Positions 9,121 through 17,701 of a stretch of 64,000 nt of DNA are shown here, piece after piece. The notes below the pieces were generated by a model. The model had not been told where the DNA came from, searched no databases, and was given only the letters and a program-made list of their open reading frames with translations. Origin of the DNA: Alphaproteobacteria bacterium (GTDB lineage: Bacteria; Pseudomonadota; Alphaproteobacteria; CALKHQ01); NCBI GenBank assembly GCA_965227515.1, contig CBDDFZ010000001.1, positions 3,712,001 to 3,776,000 on the forward strand, in the 5' to 3' direction. A program made the position numbers and the translations under genes. Each line of letters begins with the position of its first letter. Within the stretch, counting starts at the first letter, position 1.

Positions 9121-9918
9121 TCAGAACGCGCAGGTTTCGGTTGGCAGTTCAGACTCGATGACCGGGCCGGCGTCCGCATCGTCCCGGCTGTAGACATCTG
9201 GATAGCGTCGCAAGTGGCCATCATCGTCCGGAAATACCGTGAAGTAGTCGAGCGTGACCGGGGTTGGAGGCGTCTCGTGATCAAAGGTCCGACTGCCGTC
9301 GGCCCAGTCATGTACCGTTGCCAGGTCCACGTCGATTAGCCAGGCGATCAGCTCATCCCATCGCTGTACCCGAACGCACCCGTGCGACAGCGCGCGCGCG
9401 TCCTCGTCGAACAGCTCGCGCCGGTTCGTGTCATGCAGGTAGACCAACAATCCTGGCTCAAGCCGTATGGCAGCGAGACCGAGCGGGTTGTTGCGTCCCG
9501 GCCCGACGACCCGGTCCTGGTACTCACCGCTGGCGACCATAGAGGGCGTAGGCCGCCAGGTCGGGCGGAAACGAACGGCAGTGGTGTAAGTCTCGAGAAT
9601 TGGAGTTTGGGTCCACGGCGTGCCGACGATCACCCGGCTGCGCAGCACCGGTTCGCCATCAAAAAAAGCGACGAGCTCAAACGCCGGAATGTTGACCAGG
9701 ATGGCCTTGCCGGCGGTCGGCACCTTGAAATCGATACCGGCTTGGTCAAGCCAGTGCTGAAACGGCGGCTCGGGCTCAGCGGCGTCGGCGGCAGAAACCG
9801 CGGCCAGGTCGATTCTTGGCGGCAGGGCCTGGGTCGCGCAGGCAGTCGCCAACAACATGCCCAGGCAGAACAGTAACCGTGGTCTGAACCCGGACTTCCG
9901 AAAAAATCTCATGATCAT
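9121..9918 (-). CDS. L,D-transpeptidase (YkuD family), probable lipoprotein
   Basis: LVNIPAFEL, VIVG..TQTP, YLHDT...SHGCVR catalytic His/Cys motif; lipobox-like LATAC; start trimmed to MIMRFFRK. Confidence 0.88.
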   Translation of the reverse strand: MIMRFFRKSGFRPRLLFCLGMLLATACATQALPPRIDLAAVSAADAAEPEPPFQHWLDQAGIDFKVPTAGKAILVNIPAFELVAFFDGEPVLRSRVIVGTPWTQTPILETYTTAVRFRPTWRPTPSMVASGEYQDRVVGPGRNNPLGLAAIRLEPGLLVYLHDTNRRELFDEDARALSHGCVRVQRWDELIAWLIDVDLATVHDWADGSRTFDHETPPTPVTLDYFTVFPDDDGHLRRYPDVYSRDDADAGPVIESELPTETCAF

Positions 9919-10266
9919 GCATCGATGGCCAGCATGAGTGCGGTCGATAACGCGAGGTCCCACCCTACCGGCGCCCGCAAATCTAGTCGAGTGGGCTAGG
10001 GGAAATGCTGTGCACCCGGGCGCACCGTCTCGGGGCAAGGGTTCTCGCAATTTGGCTTGACGCAATGACCGGTCGCATGGCCCACAGGCATTCACGCCCG
10101 CTCTCACGCGACGGAGGTAAGTCAGGTAGATGGGTTGCAGTGCCCTATCTGGGCCAAAGCGAATTCAACTGCGGGCAGATCGCACTGTCGGTCAGGCCAC
10201 ATTCTGGCGACCAATGGTGCTAATCTGTCGGAGTGTTTTTCATCCGAATTGAGTGAGTGGAAGAGT

Positions 10267-11709
10267 TTGACTCTCATCGCCGTTCAAGATGCTCCAAGCG
10301 CCAGGCAGCAGGTTGCCGCGCGTGTCGTCGAGGCTCTGCCGCGTCTGTCGGCGCTGTTGAGCGGCCAGGATGCGGTCACGACCGCCAACGCGGTGCGCGA
10401 GCACCACAGCCGGGGCGAAGGCATACCGGACCAGGCGTTGCCCGACGCGGTCGTGTTTCCGGAGAGCAATGACGAGGTCGCGACGGTCGCCCGGCTCTGC
10501 AACGACCACCGCATACCGATCATCCCGTTCGGTGTCGGCACGTCGCTGGAGGGCCACATCGCAGCGATCCATGGCGGCGTGACGCTCGACCTGTCGCGCA
10601 TGAACAAGGTGCTCGAGGTGTCCCAGGCCGGTCTCGACTGCCGGGTGCAGGCCGGCGTCACCCGCGAGCAATTGAATGCCGACCTCAGGGACTCGGGCCT
10701 GTATTTCCCGGTCGATCCCGGCGCGGACGCGACGCTGGGCGGCATGGCGGCGACCCGTGCATCGGGCACCGCGGCGGTGCGCTATGGCACGATGCGCGAG
10801 AACGTGCTGGGGCTGACCGTCGTCACGCCGGACGGGCGCTGCATCCGCACCGGCAGCCGCGCCCGCAAGAGCGCGACGGGCTATGACCTGACCAGGCTGT
10901 TCGTGGGCAGCGAGGGCACGCTCGGCATCATCACCGAGGTACAATTGAAGCTCTACGGCCGGCCGGAGGTGGAGCGCGCCGCGGTCTGCCAGTTCCCGAC
11001 GGTGCGCGATGCCCTTGCCGTCACCGTCGCCATCCTGCAGATGGGCATTCCCATCGCGCGGATCGAACTCCTGAACGCCATGCAGGCGCGCATGGCGATC
11101 CAGTACAACAAGAGCACCGATTTCCATCCGGTCCCGACCCTGTTCCTCGAGTTCCAGGGGCCGCCCGCCGCGGTCGCCGAGCAGGTCGAGCTGGTCGACA
11201 TGCTCTGCGAGGAGAGTGGCGGCGGCGGATTTCGCTGGGCCGAAAGCCAGGAGGACCGCAACCGGCTGTGGAAGCTGCGCCACACCGGCTACTACGCCAA
11301 CCTCCACTACCTGCCGAACAAGGCGGTGATGAGCACGGATGCGTGCGTGCCGATTTCCGAGCTGGCCGACTGCATCCTGGAGACGGAAGCGGACATCGAG
11401 GAAACCGGCATGATAGCCGCGCTGACCGGCCATGTCGGCGACGGCAATTTCCACCTCGGCATACTGTTCGACCCGGACTCCGCTGAGGAACGGGCTGCCG
11501 CCGACGGCCTCGCCTACCGCACCGGCGAGCGCGCGCTACGCTTCGGCGGCACCGTGTCGGGCGAGCACGGCATCGGCATGCACAAGCTCGACCTCGCGGC
11601 CCAGGAGCACGGCGAGGCCCTCGACCTGATGTGGACGATCAAGAACGCGCTCGATCCCAACGGGATCATGAACCCCGGCAAGCTGCTGAAAGGCCCGGTA
11701 GGGCCCTGA
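10267..11709 (+). CDS. FAD-linked oxidase, D-lactate dehydrogenase/GlcD family
   Basis: PFGVGTSLEGH, DPGADATLGGM, GSEGTLG, GHVGDGNFH, GEHGIG, NPGK; start (TTG 10267) uncertain. Confidence 0.88.
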   Translation: MTLIAVQDAPSARQQVAARVVEALPRLSALLSGQDAVTTANAVREHHSRGEGIPDQALPDAVVFPESNDEVATVARLCNDHRIPIIPFGVGTSLEGHIAAIHGGVTLDLSRMNKVLEVSQAGLDCRVQAGVTREQLNADLRDSGLYFPVDPGADATLGGMAATRASGTAAVRYGTMRENVLGLTVVTPDGRCIRTGSRARKSATGYDLTRLFVGSEGTLGIITEVQLKLYGRPEVERAAVCQFPTVRDALAVTVAILQMGIPIARIELLNAMQARMAIQYNKSTDFHPVPTLFLEFQGPPAAVAEQVELVDMLCEESGGGGFRWAESQEDRNRLWKLRHTGYYANLHYLPNKAVMSTDACVPISELADCILETEADIEETGMIAALTGHVGDGNFHLGILFDPDSAEERAAADGLAYRTGERALRFGGTVSGEHGIGMHKLDLAAQEHGEALDLMWTIKNALDPNGIMNPGKLLKGPVGP

Positions 11710-11713
11710 TCGC

Positions 11714-12643
11714 TCAAGCAGCCGCGGAGAAGTCGTAGGCGTCGGCCCGGCGCAGCGCCTCGCCGATCCGCGCGAGCTGTTCCTCCGGCACCCGGTTGAA
11801 CGGCGCGCGGCACGGCCCGACCTGGCGGCCCTGCATGTTGATGCACGCCTTCACCCCGGCCGGCCAGTTGTAGCGGCTGATCTGGCTGCACACGTCGGTG
11901 ATGACGAAATGCAGGTCCTGGGCGCGCTTGAAGTCGCTGCCGTGGATGGCGTCCCACAACGCGATGCAGTGGCGGGGCAGCAGGGCGGCCGCACCGGAGA
12001 TCGACCCGGTCGCGCCCAGCGCCAGGCCCGGATAGAGCAGCCAGTCGTGCGCCCAGGTGACCGAGATCTTGTCGCCCACCGTGTCCAGCAACTCGGTCAG
12101 CGTCTCCAGGCTGCCGCCGATGCTTTCCTTGATGCCGATCAGCCCGGTCTCGTGCCGGTTTTCCGCCATCCGCCGGATCAGGTGCGGCTGCACCGGCGCG
12201 TTGGTCAGCACATTGTAGATCACGATCGGCAACCCGGTTTCGCGATGGATCGCGGCATAGAAGTCGTACATGCCGTCGTCGGAGCAGATCTGATAGACCG
12301 GCGGCGTCACCATCACCGCCTGCGCACCGGCATCCTTCGCCGCCTGCGCGCGGCGCAACGCCTTGCGCGTCGAGGTGGTGATGATGCCCGCGATCACCGG
12401 GATCTTGCCGTTCACGACCGACTGGGCCGTGGACACGAGCTGGCCGAGCTCGTCGGCTTCCAGCGCGTGTCCCTCGCCGGTGCTGCCACCGACGCACACA
12501 CCGGTGACGCCCAGCGAAAGGTTCAGGTCGACCTCCCGGCGCAGCGCGTCCAGGTCCAGGTCCTCGTTGTCGGTGAACGGCGTCGCCAGCGGCGGAAACA
12601 CGCCGACGACATCTTCCTTGGTCAGCAGTCTTGGCATCGTCAT
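11714..12643 (-). CDS. DapA/N-acetylneuraminate lyase family aldolase or dehydratase
   Basis: GGSTGE, VIYNV, Schiff-base Lys in GIKES; start trimmed to MTMPRLLT. Confidence 0.88.
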   Translation of the reverse strand: MTMPRLLTKEDVVGVFPPLATPFTDNEDLDLDALRREVDLNLSLGVTGVCVGGSTGEGHALEADELGQLVSTAQSVVNGKIPVIAGIITTSTRKALRRAQAAKDAGAQAVMVTPPVYQICSDDGMYDFYAAIHRETGLPIVIYNVLTNAPVQPHLIRRMAENRHETGLIGIKESIGGSLETLTELLDTVGDKISVTWAHDWLLYPGLALGATGSISGAAALLPRHCIALWDAIHGSDFKRAQDLHFVITDVCSQISRYNWPAGVKACINMQGRQVGPCRAPFNRVPEEQLARIGEALRRADAYDFSAAA

Positions 12644-12651
12644 TTCCCTTC

Positions 12652-13566
12652 CTAAGACGACATAACCGGTGTCGGTGAGACGGTCTCGAACGCGCCGCCG
12701 TTGCGCGCGCTGCGCTCGGCCGCGTCCAGCACCGCCATGATGTGCAGCACCAGCGAAAGTTGGCCAGGGTCCGGCTGGCGGACACGCGCCAGCAGCAGGT
12801 CGACGGCGCCGGCGAAGGCGACCGGTCTTTCGTAGCGCACCGGGTCGATCGTCAGTGGCGTCGCGCCACCGTTGAACGCATACGACTCGTGAAGCTCGGT
12901 GGCCGGGTCGACCAGATCGACCAGATGGGACGATTGCGCGCCCGACGCGTGCTCGTACGCCAGCTTGACGATACCCCGCTTCGGCGACGTTGCGCGCACG
13001 CGCACAATCAGGCCGAGCCCGTCGTGCAGCACGGTGATGCCGTGCGGCGCGGCATCCCACAACGCACCAAGCTCGTCATGGCGCCAGGTCGAGTTCTCGT
13101 AGGGGCTGCCGGGCAACAATGCGCCCGACCGCAGCACCGCCTGGCCATCGGTCGCCCCGGTGATGCGCGCCTCGGCCGCCAAATACGTCAGTGCGGCAAT
13201 GAACTGCCGGGTCAGGAAGCAGGATGCGGCAACGCCCGCGTCCGCGACGTTATTCGCAAGCCGAACCGCATCCGGAAAATTCGCGGCCAACGGCTTTTCC
13301 AGCAGCAGATGCTTGTCGGCGCGCGCCGCCCGCGCGGCCAGGTCCGCCTGCACCGCCGGCGGCACGACAAAGCTCACCGCATCGACATCATCCAGCATCG
13401 CGTCGACCTCGGCATAGGCCGCGATACCAAATTTCTGCGCCAGCGCTTCCCGGCGCTCCGGTGTACGGCCGTAAACGCCGGCAAGCTCGACGCCGACATG
13501 GGCGGCCAGTCCGGGCAAGTGCACGATCTCCGACCAGTGGGCGGTACCGCAGACCGCGATCCTCAT
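12652..13566 (-). CDS. Gfo/Idh/MocA family oxidoreductase
   Basis: MRIAVCGTAHW, KHLLLEKP, GALWDAAPH. Confidence 0.85.
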   Translation of the reverse strand: MRIAVCGTAHWSEIVHLPGLAAHVGVELAGVYGRTPERREALAQKFGIAAYAEVDAMLDDVDAVSFVVPPAVQADLAARAARADKHLLLEKPLAANFPDAVRLANNVADAGVAASCFLTRQFIAALTYLAAEARITGATDGQAVLRSGALLPGSPYENSTWRHDELGALWDAAPHGITVLHDGLGLIVRVRATSPKRGIVKLAYEHASGAQSSHLVDLVDPATELHESYAFNGGATPLTIDPVRYERPVAFAGAVDLLLARVRQPDPGQLSLVLHIMAVLDAAERSARNGGAFETVSPTPVMSS

Positions 13567-13597
13567 GCTCTGGTCCCGCCGATGTCCGCCGGAAGCA

Positions 13598-14335
13598 TCA
13601 CGCCGCCGGACAGCCGAGCTGGTCGGCCAGGTCGTCGAACCCGTCGCACACGATATTGGCTGCCGGATCGGCCTCGGCATCGGGCGAGACCTCGTCGCCC
13701 CACTCGTCCGGACGGTTCACGAACGCGGTCGGCAGGCCATAGCTGTGGGCGGCGCGCAGGTCGTTGTTGTGACAGGTGACGAGCAGCACCTGCTGGTTGC
13801 GGCAGTCCATCCAATGCGCCGCGGTCTCGTAGGCACGGCGGTCGGTCTTGTAGATGCCGATCATCTCGCACGAGATGACCAGGTCCCAAGAGACCCCGAC
13901 ATGGCGGGAGGCCTCGACCACCAATGGCGTGCGCAGGATGGTGAACGGCGCGACCAGGAAACGGGTGCGCAGACGGGCGACACCGCCGACCACATCCGGC
14001 CACGCGTCAAGCCGCCGCCACGAGCGCACCAGCGTTTCGCGATCCTCAGCCGGCAGGTCCGACAGCCCGTGGTCTGCCAGCACGGGCTCCAGGGTCTGGC
14101 GCAGAACGTCGTCGAAGTCGATGCTGACGCGCCCGTCCTTCTGCGGCAGGCCGTCGTTGACCATGCCCGTCGAGAGCCGCCGCCAGTGCTTGGTCAGCTC
14201 GGTCCATGGCGCGTCCCGCCCCCGGCGTTGCCCCACCTCCTGGAACGCGCGCGTCACGCCCGGCAGCCAGTCCAGCACCGTGCCGCCGGTGTCGACCGCC
14301 AGCGCCTTGATCCCGCGCAGTGCCCCCTCGGTCAT
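13598..14335 (-). CDS. HAD-superfamily hydrolase, haloacid dehalogenase type II-like
   Basis: DTGGTVLDW motif I, WRRLDAWPD, YKTD, HNNDLRAA, TAFVNRPDEWG. Confidence 0.8.
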   Translation of the reverse strand: MTEGALRGIKALAVDTGGTVLDWLPGVTRAFQEVGQRRGRDAPWTELTKHWRRLSTGMVNDGLPQKDGRVSIDFDDVLRQTLEPVLADHGLSDLPAEDRETLVRSWRRLDAWPDVVGGVARLRTRFLVAPFTILRTPLVVEASRHVGVSWDLVISCEMIGIYKTDRRAYETAAHWMDCRNQQVLLVTCHNNDLRAAHSYGLPTAFVNRPDEWGDEVSPDAEADPAANIVCDGFDDLADQLGCPAA

Positions 14336-14341
14336 GGCTGA

Positions 14342-15634
14342 CTACTCCTTGGAGAACACCAGGTCCGGCAGGAACACGACGATATCCGGGACCAGGGCGA
14401 TGATGACGTTGACAATGATCAGCGCGATGACGAACGGCAGGATTCCCCGGGCGGCGGCGCCGATGGATATCTTGGCGATGCCGGCGGCGATGAACATCAG
14501 GGTGCCGACCGGCGGGGTGACGCCGCCGATCAGGCAGGCAATGACGATGGCCACGCCGGAATGCACCGGGTCGTAGCCGATCGCCTCGCACACCTTGGCC
14601 AGCGGGGCCGCGAACATGATCAGGACGGCGGTGGCGTCGATGAACAGGCCGAGGAAAATCAGCGCCACCAGGATCAGCAGCATCTGAATCTCGGGCACGC
14701 CGGAGACCGTGGTCAGGATGTCGAGCAGCGTCGACTGGAACCGTGCCCGCGTCAGCAGGTTGGCGAACACCTGGGACGCGCCCAGGATCATGAACACCAT
14801 CGCCGTGGTGTAGCCCGCGCTCAGCACGGCCTTGCGCAGCTCGCCCTTGGTAAATCCGGAATAGACGAACTGGCCGAGCAGCAGCACCACCACAACCGCC
14901 ACCACGCCAGCCTCGGTCGGGGTGAAAAATCCGCCGATGATGCCGCCCAGGATGATGACCGGGATCAACATGGCGGGTCCGGACGTGCGGCCGACCTTGA
15001 GGAAGCCCTGCAGCGTGCGCTTCTCCGCCGCGCCGTCGGGTTCGATGCCCAGCCGCACGGCCTGGATGTGCGCGGTGATCATCAGCGCCAGGCCGACCAT
15101 CACACCCGGGATGGCGCCGCCCAGAAAGAGCTGGCCGGTGGAAACGCCGGTCAGGTAGCCGTAGATGATCATCAGTGTGGATGGCGGGATGATCGACCCG
15201 ATGACGGCGGCGGTCGCGGTGACCGCGGCAGCGTACGGCCGTGGATAGTTCTTCGACGCCATGCCGGGGATCAGGATCGAGCCCAACGCCGCGCTCTCTG
15301 CCACCGCCGACCCGGTGATGCCGCCGAACAGCATCGCCGCCACGATGTTGCAGTGCGCCAGGCCTGCGCGCATGCGCCCGACCAGGTAGCTGGCGAGGTC
15401 GACGATCTTCTCGGTCAGGTGGCAGGCCCCGGCCAGCGTGCCGGACAGCACGAAGAACGGGATCGCCATCAGCGGGAAGGAATCGATCCCGCCGAACATG
15501 CGGCTGACCACCAGCGTCAGCGGGATGTTGCCCTGCAGGATGGTGGGGATCAGCGATCCAAGGCCGATGGAGAACGCAATCGGCACCCCGAAGACGAGCA
15601 GGATCAGGAACGCGCCGAACAGAACGCCTACCAT
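14342..15634 (-). CDS. dctM: TRAP transporter large permease
   Basis: SFPLMAIPFF, GGITGSAVAE, IIPPS, FTPTEAG, TPPVG. Confidence 0.93.
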   Translation of the reverse strand: MVGVLFGAFLILLVFGVPIAFSIGLGSLIPTILQGNIPLTLVVSRMFGGIDSFPLMAIPFFVLSGTLAGACHLTEKIVDLASYLVGRMRAGLAHCNIVAAMLFGGITGSAVAESAALGSILIPGMASKNYPRPYAAAVTATAAVIGSIIPPSTLMIIYGYLTGVSTGQLFLGGAIPGVMVGLALMITAHIQAVRLGIEPDGAAEKRTLQGFLKVGRTSGPAMLIPVIILGGIIGGFFTPTEAGVVAVVVVLLLGQFVYSGFTKGELRKAVLSAGYTTAMVFMILGASQVFANLLTRARFQSTLLDILTTVSGVPEIQMLLILVALIFLGLFIDATAVLIMFAAPLAKVCEAIGYDPVHSGVAIVIACLIGGVTPPVGTLMFIAAGIAKISIGAAARGILPFVIALIIVNVIIALVPDIVVFLPDLVFSKE

Positions 15635-15694
15635 GCCGTCCGCCTCCCTGGTCCGGCTGCCGGGCCACTCCAGGCCCGACCGTTCAAGGCCAAT

Positions 15695-16204
15695 CTAGTC
15701 AAGGAACGTGCTCCTCTTGGCCTTGCCCTGGATCTCCAGGACGATCTGCCTGATCGTTTCGAAAAGCATGATCGCCGCACCCACCGGCACCGCGGCATTG
15801 GCGTAGGTCATCGGCATCTGCAGGGAGGCAGACTGCTGGGCGTAGTTGGAGATCGCCAGCTCCGCGCCGTAGTAGAGCAGCACCAGCTCAAACACGATCA
15901 TCAGCAGGTAGATGATGATGTGCGCCACGCGCCTGAGCGGCGGAATCAAGCGTTCGATGAAGATTTCCAGGCTCAGGTGGATGCCGAAGCGGATGCCGAG
16001 CCCGGCGCCCAGGAAAACGACCCAAATACTGACGTAGCGGGTCACTTCCTCGGCCCAGAAGATGCCGCCATAACCCGCGAACCGGTACACGGTGGACGCG
16101 AACGTCAGCGCCACCATGACGGTCAGGCCGAAGATAATCAGCGCCTCGACGATCGCGATGTAGACACGGGTCAGCAACGGGCACGGGTTCCGATCAGATG
16201 GCAA
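15695..16204 (-). CDS. dctQ: TRAP transporter small permease
   Basis: WAEEVTRYVSIWVVFLGA, four hydrophobic segments; lies between dctP and dctM; start uncertain. Confidence 0.88.
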   Translation of the reverse strand: MPSDRNPCPLLTRVYIAIVEALIIFGLTVMVALTFASTVYRFAGYGGIFWAEEVTRYVSIWVVFLGAGLGIRFGIHLSLEIFIERLIPPLRRVAHIIIYLLMIVFELVLLYYGAELAISNYAQQSASLQMPMTYANAAVPVGAAIMLFETIRQIVLEIQGKAKRSTFLD

Positions 16205-16337
16205 CGCCGCGAGCCGGCGCCCAATGTTCGTGCGAGTGGCGAAGGAATGGGTGCCGCGGCGCCGGATGCCACACTAGCGCGCGATGCCCCCGGAAGGACA
16301 CCGCCGGCACGACGGCAGACCAAAGCCGGCATCGGTC

Positions 16338-16373
16338 GGAGGCAGCCGCCTGGAGAGGATGGCGGCCGCCTCC
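16338..16373 (-). terminator. Stem-loop downstream of dctP (mRNA stabiliser or partial terminator)
   Basis: ggaggcagccgcc-N10-ggcggccgcctcc; no clear U-tract. Confidence 0.45.
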
Positions 16374-16382
16374 ATGCGGGGC

Positions 16383-17381
16383 TCAGTCGTCGTCCGAGCC
16401 GGCCACTTCCAGCATCTTCTGGTAGACGGCGTAGACCTCCGGACCCTTCTCCTGGATGTAGCCGTCCATTGCGCCGAGCACGCTGTCGCGGAACTGCTCG
16501 AAGTCCTCGGGCTCGATGACCTCGACGCCGATCTCGACCATCGCCGCGCGAGCGGCCTCGTCGGCGGCCTGGTGCAGCGAGAGCTGGTACTGGCCTGCCG
16601 CCGTCGCGGCCTCATTGATGATCTGCTGGTGCTCGGGCGACAGCGTATTCCACCAGTCCAGGTTCACCACCATCGGCTGCGGATAGAAGTTGTGCCGTGT
16701 CAGGGTGAGATACTTGGCCTGCTCGGCGAAGCCCATCGTGACGATGGATTCCGACGTCCCTTCCACCGCATCGACCACGCCGTTCTCAAGCGCGGTATAG
16801 GCCTCGCTAAAGGCGATCGCGGTCGGCGTGGCGCCCCAGGACTGCGCCAGGGCGACGAACAGCGGGGTCTGCGGAATGCGCAGGCGCAGGCCCTCCATAT
16901 CGGCGAATGTGTTCACCGGGCGGGAGGCCAGCAGATTGCGCGGACCCTGGTACATGGCGCCGACGAGGTGGAACCCCTGGGGCTCCATGAAGGCGTTCAG
17001 GTCGGGCGCGATCTCGGCGACCACACGGGCCAGATCCTCGACATCGTCGTAGGTGTAGAAGGCTTCCATCACCTCGATCTCGGGCACGAAGGCGCCGGTG
17101 CCGGGCAGTCCGCTCAGCACCATCTCCAGGCCACCGGCCCGGGTCATCTCGGCCATCTCGCGCTCCGTTCCGAGTTCCTCGGCATAGAACACCTCGACGT
17201 CGATTTCGCCGCCGGACGCTTCCTCGACCAGCCGCTCGAACTCCGCGCTGCCCTTCGAGATCGTGTGATCGACCTGATAGACCGTACCGACACGCAGGGT
17301 GACTTCCTGCGCGACCGCGCCCGCGGCCGATGCGGCGATGATCGCTGTCGAAGCGACCAGAATCCTGGTCAGTGCAGTCAT
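16383..17381 (-). CDS. dctP: TRAP transporter substrate-binding protein
   Basis: Signal peptide MTALTRILVAST..AVAQE, GLRLRIP with the conserved Arg, YTALENGVVDAVE; AAGGAGG RBS. Confidence 0.92.
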   Translation of the reverse strand: MTALTRILVASTAIIAASAAGAVAQEVTLRVGTVYQVDHTISKGSAEFERLVEEASGGEIDVEVFYAEELGTEREMAEMTRAGGLEMVLSGLPGTGAFVPEIEVMEAFYTYDDVEDLARVVAEIAPDLNAFMEPQGFHLVGAMYQGPRNLLASRPVNTFADMEGLRLRIPQTPLFVALAQSWGATPTAIAFSEAYTALENGVVDAVEGTSESIVTMGFAEQAKYLTLTRHNFYPQPMVVNLDWWNTLSPEHQQIINEAATAAGQYQLSLHQAADEAARAAMVEIGVEVIEPEDFEQFRDSVLGAMDGYIQEKGPEVYAVYQKMLEVAGSDDD

Positions 17382-17659
17382 AGTGCTTTCCTCCTTCGGG
17401 CCGGATTGCACCGGCTTTTTGGCAACGGCTGACGCGCGGCTTCGACCGTCGTCACAGTTGGGCTCGAATGCGGTTGTTCCCCCCGGGCCACACCTTGCCA
17501 TCTCGGTTGTCTAGCCAAGGCCCGGCCGGATGACGGCCGCACTCTTGAAACCGCTTACTTTTTAGAAAGCCGAAGACCGGCTGTCAACGCCTACGCGCCA
17601 GTTTTCCGCCAGTCTGGCCCGCAATGCCATGCACTTCGCCGCTGATTGCTTCAACATCG

Positions 17660-17673
17660 TGGAAGCGATTACA
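17660..17673. promoter_or_regulatory. Candidate LacI-family operator TGGAAGCGATTACA upstream of dctP
   Basis: Imperfect palindrome with central CG; resembles the 21445 site; weaker copy tgaaaccgcttact at 17546-17559. Confidence 0.45.
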
Positions 17674-17701
17674 GAACCGCAAACCAAGACCAGCGCGCCG
17701 G

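Noticed and set aside
9919-10266. About 350-bp divergent intergenic region examined for a riboswitch or ncRNA
   Set aside because: No conserved riboswitch or tRNA motif recognised by eye; an Rfam/Infernal scan would be needed
11714-12643. Call as lysine-pathway dapA
   Set aside because: Catabolic TRAP operon context argues against a housekeeping DHDPS; specificity cannot be set from motifs alone
14561-16519. 652-aa plus-strand ORF; similar long ORFs at 19737-21272, 25027-27075, 29486-31546, 50660-52636 and 58910-61330
   Set aside because: Antisense shadows of well-supported genes; expected in high-GC DNA and carry no recognisable motifs
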